Below are positions 14,285 to 27,500 of a DNA stretch of 64,000 nucleotides, one piece after another; positions within the stretch are counted from its first letter, which is position 1; every line of letters starts with the position of its first letter. Both the position numbers and the translations under genes were made by a program. This DNA is from Paragordius varius (taxonomy: Eukaryota > Animalia > Nematomorpha). Under the pieces are notes generated by a model. The model searched no databases, was not told the DNA's origin, and saw only the letters and a list, made by a program, of their open reading frames with translations. The stretch covers positions 1,922,001 to 1,986,000 of the forward strand of contig OZ176057.1 in the NCBI GenBank assembly GCA_964247055.1. Reading direction: 5' to 3'.

Positions 14285-16144
14285 CAGTGGTATCCAATAA
14301 AAAATTTTGGTGGGCCAAATAAAATATATCCTCTGGCCAAGAACCTTATATTTGCTAAATTACATAGCTATATCACACATATGCAATATTTGTACTCTAA
14401 CAAAGCACAATGAATTTTTTGCAGATTGCATTCTTAAAACTCGTTTCACACCAGTTAGTTTAAAAAATTAATAATTTTGATTACAACATTTATTTGGATA
14501 TTAACCAATAATTTTTGACGAATTTGCTTCCGCCTCATGACAGGCATGTCGTTCATATGAGCATCGGTTAAGCTATTTCTGAAAGTATTCTTGGCATACA
14601 TCATTTATGTATAGGAATCATTTTTAATATCAAAGAAATTTTCAATGATATGCGTCTGATCAAGACGAAATGCTTAAGTTGCTTAATAATGTATATATCC
14701 ATAAGCCATGGATTTTAGTTTTAAGCATTTAATATTTCTTTATTTTTGAAATCTGAATTTCATCTCATTTGATAAAAATGGTAAATGATTGCCTATTATT
14801 ATAATCTCCCCGGTAAATTCCATATTTGCATGAATCTTTAAGTGTTGGAAAATATCTAGGAGCAAGCAATGGACATAATGAATTTTTTCTAGTATTTCCT
14901 ATTTTTATATTTTTCCTTTCTTTCCTCTGGATATTATGGTGATGGATTGTAAAATGTCTTTCAATATTGCAGTTTTTTCAGAATTTGTCCTTACATATAT
15001 GGCAGGTAACAACATTTTTATTTATAATAACAAAGAATTTTTTTTCCCTTCGTTTTTAAAGGAGCGATTTTCGAATAATTTAGGTCTTTTAGCATTATTC
15101 ACTTTGAATTTAAGTTTAATTATTATTTAGATTTTAAGAAATAGGAATATAGTTTGAATTATGCAATAAAAAAACAGATTAAAATTTAATGATCTTGTAA
15201 AATATTTGATGATTTATATAAAATGATGCAGGATAGCAATGAAAAAATATGTATATGCGAGTTTAAGTGAAAGGTTTGCTCATCACTTGGATACAACACA
15301 TTCATTTTAGTCTTCATCGATTCAAATTGAGGTAGTTTACCTTAGACCGGTTGAAATTAAATACCTTAAAATATATGGAAGGAATGGAAACCATGGCAAA
15401 ATTTTGCACTTATATAACACTTATAAACCGAAAAATATAAAAATTATTCAAAAATACTTGATATTACTTATTTTATTGTACAATGGTAAAACTTAGTTAA
15501 CGTAACTTGTCATTGGTTAAATTAAAAATAGTACAAAATAAAAAACTTTTTCAATTTATATCAGTGTTAGATTTGATATAAATAATAAATTATCTTTATT
15601 TATACCTTAAAATATAAATGAACACGATATTTTGGAAAATTATTACAAAATAAAAATGGCGTCGAACAAGTTTGACATGGAAATTTTTATAATACAAAAT
15701 CTTAAGATATTTTAGGTTATTTATATAATTTTATTGGGATAGAAGCATAGATTTAAATTAGGACCGTTCTCGTCAGTAGTTTTTTTTAATTAACTTTAAT
15801 TTAGTCTATGGTATTTGGATACCCCAAATTGAATCGAAGTGTTAAATATAAAAAAGTAATACAATTCAAAATAGAAGAGAAAATAGAATACAGAAACAAC
15901 GTTTGACAAGATTTTGAAATCATTTTATAATGTAGTGAAATCTTTCTAATCTCATATTGGATAAAAAATAAAAATTACCAAAATTAAAGCTAAAGAAATA
16001 AGTTAATTTTAAAATAAGCAAAAATTCATTTATATGTAATTTAAAAATTCATCAATAAAAAAATAATTTAAGTATCCATATGGTCATGGGGGAATTTTAA
16101 AGCACTCTTAGGGCCGCATGTGGCCCGCGGGTTGCGTACCACTG
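14285..16144 (-). mobile_element. hAT (Charlie/Buster-type) internally deleted element
   Basis: Ends CAGTGGTATCCAA / TTGCGTACCACTG. Subterminal GGGCCGCATGTGGCCCGCGGG. Minus-strand remnants CHICKDKF*KNCNIERHF (~14950-15030) and RNSLTDAHM (~14560). TSD is imperfect (TTTAGGAG vs CTCTAGAG). Confidence 0.6.
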
Positions 16145-16400
16145 CTCTAGAGTCCCTAATTGAGAAATGACATGATTGAAAAGTTACAATCGATAATAAT
16201 TAAAAATTTGCTGGATATTAATGCTGTTTAAAATCAATTATTTATATTTGTTACCCATAATATATATATTTATTTGCCTGTTGTATTTGACATTAAAAAA
16301 GAAATAACAGCGAAAAAATCTAGGACAAGCTTACAAGTCATATATTCAAAAATATTTGGGATCTATAAACTAAAATATATTTTTAAATTTGGCCCATAAC

Positions 16401-18584
16401 TAGGGTGACCAGACGTCCAGCTTTTTTACACTTTGTCCCGCGTCCCGCTAAGTTTTTTAAATGTCCCGCTTTTTCACGATTATATAAAAAAAATTTGAAT
16501 ACAAAAAATTTTTTTTATCCGTTTAAATTTTTTATCATTAGTTATCTTTAAAATCTATATCAATTATAAATTTAAATTAATCTTAAATATTTATTTTATT
16601 CGAATTTATATCATATGATTATACAGTCTGCTTCCTACTCCTACTGCCAACATTATCAAAAAGACAAATTAATACCACAAATCGGTAACTTAAACGTTTA
16701 CACCATAAAATTAAGGTAGTATAATAATTTTTTATACTAATATTAGTTTAAAAATATGAGAACAAAAAAAGGTTGCAAATTCAACGATAAATTATTGAAA
16801 GAATTTTCTTTTGTCAAAAAAAACAAAGGATGAATCATTTGTTAAACGTTCTTTATGCGAGGGGGAATTCACCCTAGCACATGGCGGCAGCATGATATTA
16901 CAAATCATAAAACACAGAAACATAAAATATGGCGGCATCATTTTACAAAATAGCGATGTTTATCGAAAAACCGCTTTTGGAAAGGAAGGAAAGACTTTGG
17001 CACTAGCCGAAGGCGTTTTATCTTTTCACGTCGTTAATCAAAATAATTCCTTTAGATCTATGGATTGTATACAGGTTATTCGTACCTTATACAATAAAAA
17101 ATTTACATCTGCCAGTACAAACTCTGAAGCCATTGTATGCAATGTCCCTTCGCCACATGCTTTTTCTGAAATACAAAAAGATTTAAAAATTAATTTCATG
17201 CTATACTCCGATGAATCAAATTACAAGGAAACAAAATAATTTACCACTTTAATAAGTTTGATCCAGAATACGGAGTAAAAATTAAGATTTTAGATTTTAT
17301 TTCTCTACCCGGTAATTCCTACATAATTTTTACTTCAATTATGAATCTAAAAAAATAATTTTAAAAATAAAATCTTCGCTTATTGCGATGACAACAACAA
17401 TACAAACTTCGGTTAATCAAAACATTATTGGAGTTGGGTGTATAGCTCATATAACACACCAACCTAATTAAACAGCTGCTGATTAATCACCCCTAGATGT
17501 GGAAAAGGTAATTGTTAAAATATATTCCTTTTTTTATATATACGGTACACGTTGAAACGCTGCAGGAATCCTGTGAAAATGCAGAAGTTCAATATCAAAA
17601 ACAGCTTGGATATTGAGCTCGTTGGTTACTTCTGCCAGCTATCGAAAGGATTCAAAAAATGTATGATCCTTTGAAATCCCATTTTTTATCACAGGACAAA
17701 TGTCCTGCTTTGGAAAATTTTAAAAGTGATTCTTCAAAAATATGGTTAGATTTCCTACAAAATCAAGCTTCTCTTTTTCAAAATGTTGTTAAATAGATAG
17801 AAGGTGCCTAAATTTCGGCAATCAAAGTAGCCAATGAAGTTAGTAACCTAAAATCCCAATGTCATAAAGGTATAATTTTATATCATAAATTATCCGAAAT
17901 ATTATAAATAATTTAGAAAAACAAGGCTTAATAAATTAAAAGGATATCATATCCCAAAAAATTTTCTATACAAACTGTAAATATGATTTGGAAAACTGCG
18001 GGGCAATTCAATGAAATTGATCATTTTTATTGGATAACATTAAAGCCAGAATTTAATTGGTGCGATGTTCAAAAATCATTTGATTACATCTGCATCTCCC
18101 AAAAATTCCCAAAAAGTAATCTTTCAGTAAATGATCTTTTTTCTGAAGTTATATTAAGAAAAACTTATATTTATTATGGACAACAAGAAAAACACATAGA
18201 AAAGAAATGGCTAGTTTCATCATTTTGAAACAAACTATGTTCTATACAATAATATCTTAAAAATTGTGGAATTTGCACTATCTTTACTTGCAATGCTGCC
18301 TTTGAGCGCGTTTTTTTCATAGTCAGGTGTGGACAGCGGAAATATTACATTTAAATATTGAAATTTTTCAAATTCTTGTGAAGAATTTCCAATATAAAAA
18401 TGGCAATTCTGCTAAAAGCCATTCACTCAAATAAAAAATACCAAGCAATAAAATATTTTTTTATTTATAATGTATTTGTGTTAAAAATTTATTACAATAA
18501 TTTTTTTAAAAAAAAATTGGTTGTACCGTCTCATGCCCCCTTTCCTAGATCCCGCTTTTTTCTTTAAAAAATCTGGTCACCCTA
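16401..18584 (+). mobile_element. hAT Blackjack-type DNA transposon, copy 2 (2184 bp)
   Basis: Perfect TIRs TAGGGTGACCAGA / TCTGGTCACCCTA. Exact 8-bp TSD CCCATAAC at 16393-16400 and 18585-18592. Colinear with copy 1. Confidence 0.95.
16757..18450 (+). pseudogene. hAT transposase pseudogene within Blackjack copy 2
   Basis: ORF pieces 16811-17239 and 17983-18228 are paralogous to copy 1; stops and frameshifts lie between them. Confidence 0.85.
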
Positions 18585-18649
18585 CCCATAACCTATCAAA
18601 TTTTAAATCATTCTTGGATAATAAATTATCCAAAAAACATATGTAATTA

Positions 18650-18669
18650 CCTTTTTTTATTTCTTCCTT
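18650..18669 (+). promoter_or_regulatory. pyrimidine tract, candidate TCT initiator / 5'TOP of RPL28
   Basis: CCTTTTTTTATTTCTTCCTT ends 8 nt upstream of the ATG. Ribosomal-protein genes typically initiate in such tracts. TSS not known. Confidence 0.35.
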
Positions 18670-18677
18670 GTATAATT

Positions 18678-19769
18678 ATGATGTTTGAAGCATCACCACA
18701 TTTGCAATGGTTAATAATTAAGAAGCATTCCTCCTTTCTTATGAGGAGAAGAAATATAAAAAAGCCGTTTACAAAAGTAAATTTTATCTAATTATAAATT
18801 TACCTTTATCTGCTTACCTCTTTGTTTTTTTCTGAAACATAAAGGATAATGAATAAAGGAATACAATACAAAATTTTTATGATTTTTAATTTTAATTATT
18901 TTAAAATATAAAATTATAACATTTAGGAACCAAGAAATATGCTAAACATCAATTCTTTTAAATATAACGGCTTGATTCATAAACGAACATTTGATGTTAA
19001 ACCGTCAGATGACAAAAAAGGGCTTATTTTGGAAGTTAACAGTAGAAAAGGTTTGTTTAAGATATATTTTTTATAAATTTAATGTTTTTATATAAATTAA
19101 TATGTAGGACTTTGTAAGCCAGCCAAATCTCGGAGACATTATAAACTAAATAAGCATCCCAGGAAGGATAATCAAACTATCAGAAATATTTTACCAAAGA
19201 GAGATGCTGAATTAAAGAAGGTAAGTTTGCATACCTATTTTTTAATTATTTTTTGGCTTTTAAATAGTTGATTTATTTATAAAAATATTATATCAATACT
19301 AAATTTATATAATCCATCAAAACATTTAACTGTAAATAATTAGTAATGTTTGTTTATATTGGCCAAAATATTAAAATGCTAAAACAATTTTTCCCTGGAC
19401 TAAAATCGTTCTCAATTTTATTTTTAAACAAATAAAAATTGACATAAATCATTCGCATTTACCTTTAACGTTATTAATAAATCTCTTAAATTTTTAACAT
19501 TCTATCTCTATATTTGTTTTTTAATATATGGTAGTTACCAAATATAAAGCATATTATGTTTTACAGTTAAAAAAAATTTTCTAACAATGAAATATCTTGG
19601 GTTACTCATATTATAGCTATTATATCATAAACGTTTTTTTATAGTTTAGCATGTGTGAATTTAAATTTTCTTATGATAGCTTGCGTTGATACGCGCCTCA
19701 GCACTGAGAAAAAGTTTGAAATACGATGCATCCAAATATGCCATAAGAAAGAAAGCTGCTGAACTCTAA
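18678..19769 (+). CDS. RPL28: 60S ribosomal protein L28 (eL28), 141 aa
   Basis: join(18678..18776,18927..19050,19108..19220,19680..19769), all GT-AG with consistent phases. Translation: MMFEASPHLQWLIIKKHSSFLMRR..EPRNMLNINSFKYNGLIHKRT..KPAKS..LALIRASALRKSLK. The HLQW and NSFKYNGLIH motifs match eL28. Confidence 0.95.
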
Positions 19770-20281
19770 TTAATTAATTATATTGTTTCGAATAAATATT
19801 AATATAAATTTTATTTTTCTTAATATATCATAGTTGGTCAAAATTTCGAGGTACCTTGTTAGAAATTCATTTTTTATAGAGTCGATAATACGCTTTTAAA
19901 GTCTTAACTTTTCGATTTAGTGTCATATAAAAACGCTGCAAAAAAAGCTATTAAAATAAGCTTATAATTTTTTAATTAAACAACGGCAAACTTCATTTTT
20001 TATCAAATATTTTTATAAAAGACAATAAAAAACTTAAATAGTTGTTGAAGCTCCAAAAAATGATACTATTAATTAAACCGCTTTTTAGTTTTGCCAAAAA
20101 TAACATGCTGAATTATCTAAATATTAGTCGGGTAACATTTAATTTAGTTAAATAACTATTAGACGCTTGGTATTTTTATTTTCCCTAAATTTTTTTGTAA
20201 AAAAGGATCACGGTCCTAACGCTGTAATAATGCTAATATATATTACATTTAAATTTACAAGTTGAATTATGGTAATTTTTT

Positions 20282-20790
20282 TAGGGCTTGGAACCACAAC
20301 CGGTTCTTTGATGAAACAGTTGTTTCACGATTAGAACCGGAACCAGAGCAACGTTAAATTTTATTAAGAATCGTTTTGGAACTTATTCCAACTATTCAAA
20401 AAACCAGTTCTTTAAACCGAAAAAAATGTAAAACAGGAAGAGGAACCAGTTAAAATTTTTAATCGTTTTAGAACCACCTTCGTATAGATATGTATAAAAA
20501 CTCTTTACATTAATCAATTTTTGATTATATAATTCAATTATTTAAATGTGCTTAAATTTGTATGTTTTTGGAATAATTATTAGATATTTGAACATAACAT
20601 GATCGGAACATTTTAAGAACCGGTTTTATTTTACAAACCGTTTTTGGAACCAAAAAATGCGAGAACCGGAACAATTTTGAATTAAGAACGGTTTTAAAAC
20701 GGGTTTTACTTTTTAAATAATCGATTCTAGAACCGAAAAATGTATAGAATTTATCCCGGTTTAAATTTAAAAAACGGTTTAGGCTCGGGT
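20282..20790. mobile_element. degenerate non-autonomous element with many GAACCG subterminal motifs
   Basis: Starts TAGGGCTTGGAACC and has about a dozen GAACCG/AAACCG/CGGTT motifs. A related right-end fragment GAACCGGTTCAATGCCCTG ends at 9265. TSD not found. Confidence 0.45.
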
Positions 20791-21483
20791 TTAATTTATA
20801 ATATATCGCAAAATTTTTAAGGCGTTTTCCACGTGGTTAATTCATGCTCTTTTGGGGTAGTTTTGTACGCCAAGTGCATTTAAAATCTAAATATCTTTAA
20901 AATATTTTAGACATTGGGCCAAATTTAAAAATGTGCTTTCTTTAGCTTTTTAAGAGCATTTAACAAAAATTTTTTTAAAATATGAATCAAAAATCTTCAT
21001 CGCAAACTTTTTCGCTACCATTTTGTTTTATTTTTTTAAAACGTTAATACAACAGGTAAATAAATGTAGGTGGTGAAAATTTAAATTAATAATTTTGGAA
21101 AGCTTTAAAATTATAGACGGCAAAATTTTTGATAATTATGGATTTAAATAAAAGTGCTTTGTTTCAATTGTGTTTTGGCTACTAAATTCGGGGTTATAAA
21201 ATTTAAAAGATTGTAAAAATCCCAAGTTTTTATATCAAATAAGAAGAAGATGCTTTGATTATTAAATTTTAAAACAACTTCAAAACAAGAGTTTTTTTGC
21301 TACTTTAAGCTCGGTAGAAAATTCCCCTAAAATGTCATCGCTTGCAAAAAATCGTGGAATATTTTACAATTAAGAGTATTTAAGTAATTTTTCTATTATT
21401 AGATAAAAATTATAATTTACAAAAGTATCACTTACGATCTCATTGAATTCCTTTTTTTGCAATTGATATAGGTTTTACATATA

Positions 21484-21897
21484 TACCATTTGCACTTCAA
21501 GAGTGTCCTTGAACACTTCTAGTTGGTCCTTGAACACTTCAAGTTGGTCCTTGAACATTTCAAGTTTGTCGTTAAAATTTGAATTTAACCATAAATTTTA
21601 AATGTTTTTTAATTCTATTATTTTTTAACCTGATCTTAATTTATGATATTATTCATGTAAAATTAAATTTTTGTATAAAAAACCAATTTTTTGTTTAATA
21701 TTAATCAATTATAAATGTTTAAAACGAAGAATTGTAATAACCGAGTAAATTTATATATTATTCAAATATTGAAATCGTATTAAAATTAATATATTTTTCA
21801 TAAATTTAAAAAAGATTAAGATATTTTGATCAAGGACCAACTTGAAATGCAGGATAAACTTGAAGTGTTCAAGGACACTCTCGAAATGCAAATGGTG
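21484..21897. mobile_element. MITE with TACCATTT termini, TA-flanked
   Basis: TACCATTTGCACTTCAAGAGTGTCCTTGAACACTTC is inverted at ~21863-21897; internal 21-bp repeats. Confidence 0.7.
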
Positions 21898-22050
21898 TAT
21901 TATATCAACAACTAAAGTCTGGTTCAAGGGCCCCCCAAAATATTTTTGCACGCGAGATATTTTAAATAAATCTATAATATTTGGCACTCCACTACCTTTT
22001 GGGGTAATTATTACCCCAGAGCGATATTTGCATATAAAAAAGTATATAAA

Positions 22051-24475
22051 GACCCATGTTCGGGTAAGTATTACTTGCGTCCTTATGCTTAAATCCTTAT
22101 GCTTACGTCCTTATGCTTACATTTTGAATAAAAATCATAAGTCTGCTCCTAGTAGACTTATTAAAATTTCAAAGTGGCATAACTTTAAAAATATTGTGAA
22201 TTTTTGAATTCTGTAAATTGAAGTAGAGAAAGTAAAGTATATTTAGCAAATAATTTATAGGTTTGAGTAATGTTGTTTCAATCTTTTGGCATTAAAAGGG
22301 GTTTACACAACCCCTGTTAAAAAATAGAAAATTCTTAAAACATGCATGCAATATTAAAAGTTTTTTAAAAGAAATAGGTATGCATTTTATCCAACTATAT
22401 TTTTTTAGATTTTCTTGAGTTATCAAAATTGAAATATCTGCATACTTTGTGAAATAAAAAAGACTACCCATTTTTCAAATTCTTTAAATTGGAGGATAAA
22501 AATGATGTATATATAACAAATTATTTATAGGTTTTAGAAATTGAATGATCGCATACACTCTTAGTGAACTAAGCTTCTTGAAAAATATATCTGGAACATA
22601 CATGTAAAACCCAAAGTTTTTTAGAAGGTGTGCAATTGATTTAACCATATTTTTTAGATTTAGATGTCATGGCCGAATTATCTGCGCACTTTTTGCATTT
22701 TGAGGATGAAGCATTGAATAATCTACTTATTTTATTGGATTTCATAAAATTTTTACTATTTGATATACAAAATTTTATATTTATGTTTATTGTCAATAAA
22801 TATATGATAAATTTACTTTAGTTTCAAGCGTCTAAAAATCATTTTAATCCACAGTGCACAAAATCGGAGGCTATAAAAAATATTATGATCAATCATATAT
22901 ATTGCATATTAGGATATCATGGTGCTTGGTTTTAGGTCTAACGAATAATATTGAGGTATATCCAATTTTGTGATATTTGTTCCTTATCGAAAGGTTGCAA
23001 ATTAGGCAAACTTATTTGGAGTCTACGCTTAAAATTCTAAACAAACTTCATTTTGGTTTTCAAATATAGTTTATTTAATGATATTATTAAAGTAAATTAA
23101 ACTTTGACCAAAAAGACCCCTAAATATTTCCCCAAATTTAAAGCAAAAGCTAATCAAAATTTTGAGGTGATAGAAATGTTAAACAAAAGTGTTTTTGTGA
23201 TATCTTAAAGCACCATAAAATACGATTGCCAAAATTTTTAAAAAAATCTATTATATTGTCGAATTCAATTTATATAAAAAATATTATCGCGCATCGGCTT
23301 TTTTAAAAAAAAGTGGCCCATTTTAGAGAAGTTCAAAAAGTTGTTTTGGAACCTACGCTTAAAATTTTAAATTTCATTTTTGTTTTCGAATATAGTTCAT
23401 ATTAAAATATAATGGTATTTTTAAAGTGAAGCATTTAGCTTTCATAAAAAAAATTATAAATTTGCCTAATTTGTAACCTTTCTAGGAACAATTACCACAA
23501 AATTGGATATACCTCAATATTATTCGTTAGACCTAAAACCAAGCACCATGATATTCCTAATATGAAATATATATGATTGATCATAATATTTTTTATAGCC
23601 TCCGATTTTGTGCACTGTGGATTAAAATGATTTTTAGACGCTTGAAACTAAAGTAAATTTATCATATATTTATTGACAATAAACATAAATATATAATTTT
23701 GTATATCAAATAGTAAAAATTTTATGAAATCCAATAAAATAAGTAGATTCTTCAATGCTTCAGCCTCAAAATGCACAAAGTGCGCAGATAATTCGATCGC
23801 CATGACATCTAAATCTAAAAAATATGGTTAAATCAATTGCACACCTTCTAAAAAACTTTGGGTTTTACATGTATGTTCCAGATATATTTTTTCAAGTAGC
23901 TTAGTTCACTAAGAGTGTATGCGATCATTCAATTTCTAAAACCTATAATTAAATTGTTATATATACATCATTTTTATCCTCCAATTTAAAGAATTTGAAA
24001 AATGGGTAGTTTTTTTTATTTCACAAAGTATGCAGATATTTCAATTTTGATAACTCAAAAAAATCTAAAAAATATAGTTGGATAAAATGCATACCTATTT
24101 CTTCTAAAAAACTTTTAATTTTGCATGCATGTTTTAGGAATTTTCTATTTTTTAACTAGGGTTGTGTAAACCCCTTTTAATGCCAAAAGATTGAAGCAAC
24201 TTTACTCAAACCTATAAATTATTTGCTAAATATACTTTACTTTCTCTACTTCAATTTACAGAATTCAAAAATTCACAATATTTTTAAAGTTATGCCACTT
24301 TGAAATTTTAATAAGTCTACTAGGAGCAGACTTATGATGAATGTATTATTTTTATTCAAAAATGTAAGCATAAGGACGTATGCATAAGGATTTAAGCATA
24401 AGGATGTAAGCATAGGGACGTAAGCATAAGGATTTAAGCATAAGGACGCAAGTAATACTTACCCGAACATGGGTC
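22051..24475. mobile_element. long fold-back element (arms ~0.95 kb, spacer ~0.5 kb)
   Basis: 22051-~22983 is the near-perfect reverse complement of ~23484-24475. Termini GACCCATGTTCGGGTAAGTATTAC. 14-bp TCCTTATGCTTA(C/A) subterminal repeats. No clear TSD. Confidence 0.9.
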
Positions 24476-24575
24476 AAAGTATTAGGTCGAATATAAAACA
24501 TACTTCTAAATACGTGTGTGGCAAAAAATATATGCAATATGTACATACACCGATAATTTTATAGTTAAATAATAT

Positions 24576-27500
24576 TTATTTTAATAATTTATATCGGACA
24601 TAAAGGCAGATTCCCACAACAAATATAAGCACTATTGCTATTTTTATGTAAAGGCTTTTGGAATTCAGGGATTTTGCATTTTTCTTGTATTTTTCGCTCA
24701 TTACTGAAAGGTGTGCAGCTTTATCATCTAGCACTAAATCATATATATACATTATTTTAAATATAAGGGTATAAGTAATTTACAATTTTTTATTGGGAAA
24801 AGGTAATATCTAAAACAAGGGTGTTTAATACAAATATCTTCGCGGCTGCTGTAATTGTTTTTTATTTTGAGCCCAATTTTGGATGATATATCTAACTATT
24901 CGTAAATTTTTAATTTAAATCCATTTTTTTATCATATTTTAGAGCACTTTTGAGTACCGAAAAAAGCGTGTTAAACATCCCTGCTTTAATAAAGGTTTAA
25001 CGTGGGAACAATTGATACTTATTTACATTAGCCAGCAGTTTTAGACCTAATTCCCTAAAATGTAATTATCATAAAATTGTTTCTTTTTCGATCGTGGTAT
25101 CATGTAAAACAAACTTAACATATATCACTAAATTTGGTTGTATAGAATGTTACTACAAATGGTCAATATGCATTGTAATGATTTAGGATTTTTTATTTGT
25201 AATTTTTTAGAGCAGTTTAAATTTTCTTCTAAAACTTTGATTTTGTGACAATTTGCGGACGCTTGTTTTATATAAAATTTTAATAAAATGTTCTACACCA
25301 CCAAATTTTTTTGTAATTTGTTATACTGGCAAATAAAAATGATTTTGATAAGCCCCAACATCCATTTTAATTTAGTTAACTCGAATTTAATAACTATATT
25401 AAAAACTCTAAGGATTTTATAATTTGTGGTCTAAAAAAAAACTTTTAAAATATATTATTTATACCAATACAAGCGCCTCAAAATCCTAAAATTTTCGGTA
25501 CAAAGCTATAATATTGGTTATAAGGATGTTTTAAAAGAATAAATGTATAATGAATTATATTTTTGTATTTACTTAATATTTTATCTGAATTTTATATCAC
25601 TTTTGGTAATTTAACAACAAAAATTAGTTTTAGATGTTGTGCAGCATTTACTTCACAATAACAATAGCATTTAAATATAAACTCACCCTAACTTTACCAG
25701 ATGTATTCGAAAAATTATAGTTCCCTTAATATAACTGTGAAATATTTCTAATAATGCGGACTTGATAGCGTTTCACCCCAAAACATCATGTTTTGTAAAC
25801 GTCAGTTATTCTATCCCAGTTGTAAAAAAGTGAGAAATCTCACCCTAACTTTTATACTCCAAAATATTTTAAAATTCCTAATTTCCTTATCAAAACCCTT
25901 TTATACTTTCTAATAATGCGCATACTTGATAACGTTTCGCCCCGGCGTAAAACATCATCAATGTTTTGTGAACAGTTAATCCAAAATCTATCCCAGTTGT
26001 AAAAAGTGAGAAATTTCATCTTAACTCATATACTCCAAATTATTCTAAAATTCCTAGTTTACTTAATCTAAAAACCCTTTGACATTTTCTATTAATGCAT
26101 ATACTTGAACATGTTTCACCCTCAAACATCATGTTTTGTAAACGTCACAGATAATCTAAAATTTATCCAAATTAGGAAAAAGTGAGAAATCTCACCCTAA
26201 CTTTTATACTCCAAAGTATTTTAAAATTCCTAGTTTCCTTAATCAAAACCCTTTAATATTTTCAAATAATGCGTATACTTGATAACGTTTCGCCCCGGCG
26301 TAAAACATCATCAATGTTTTGTGAACGTCAGTTAATCCAAAATCTATCCCAGTTGTAAAAAGTGAGAAATTTCATTTTAACTCATATACTCCAAATTATT
26401 CTAAAATTCCTAGTTTACTTAATCAAAACCCTTTAATATTTCCTAATAATGCGTATACTTGATAACGTTTCACCCCAAAACATCATGTTTTGTAAACGTC
26501 AGTTAATCTATCCAAGTTGTAAAAAAGTGAGAAATCTCACCCTAACTTTTATACTCCAAAGTATCTTAAAATTCCTAGTTTACTTAATCTAAAAACCGTT
26601 TGACATTTTCTATTAATGCGTATACTTGAACACGTTTCGCCCCGGCGTAAAACATCATCAATGTTTTGTAAACGTCAGTTATTCTATCCCAGTTGTAAAA
26701 AAGTGAGAAATCTCATCTTAACTTATATACTTCGAGGTATTCTAAAATTTTCTAATTAACTTATTTAATATTATCAAATAATGCCCATACTTGATAACGT
26801 TTCGCCCCGGCGTAAAACATCATCAATGTTTTGTACCATAACACTTTGTACGTCAGCCAATTGGGCATTGATCCCAGCTAAATGGTCTCGTGTTCTAAGT
26901 ATACTATTATTGTGTCCACCAACCTCCGTTCCATATACCTGTTGCTCTCCCCCACCCATCAACAAGGATGATGCGTATTGTTTGCGTTGTTTATTGATAT
27001 AATTATCTGTGTATGTGTGTGAGTAAATATTTGGGTATTAATACAAAAAAAGTATAACGAGAACTATTGGCCATATATATGTGTTTTTAGATGGTTACGC
27101 AACGATATTATACCATTTACAGTTCAATTTCACCCTTAAACAATTCGAATTCCTTAAACATTTCAAATTCACCCTTGAACATTCAAATTCACCCAAACAA
27201 TTCAAATTCACCCTCAATTAAATAACATGTTTTTTAAGATTAAAAATTACCTATATTTTAATATATTTTTAAAAAATAAAATTTTGTTTTAAATTAAAAT
27301 AATACTGAAAAAATAATAAACTATACCATAAACATATATTTCATATTAATAATGAGATATATTAGTTCAATAACACATAATTTATTTTTAGGGTGAATTT
27401 GAATTATTCATAGGTGAATTTGAATGTTCAAGGGTGAATTTGAACTGTAAATGGTATATTTACATGTCTGTTTGCTTTGTATGAGATTATTTGTTTTTAT

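Noticed and set aside
21842-22207. ORFs at 21842-22207, 24352-24546, 56199-56650 and 60662-60847
   Set aside because: They lie in MITE or fold-back repeats and show no protein motif.
24454-24462. ATACTTACC, identical to the U1 snRNA 5' end
   Set aside because: The following sequence is not U1; it is part of the fold-back terminus.
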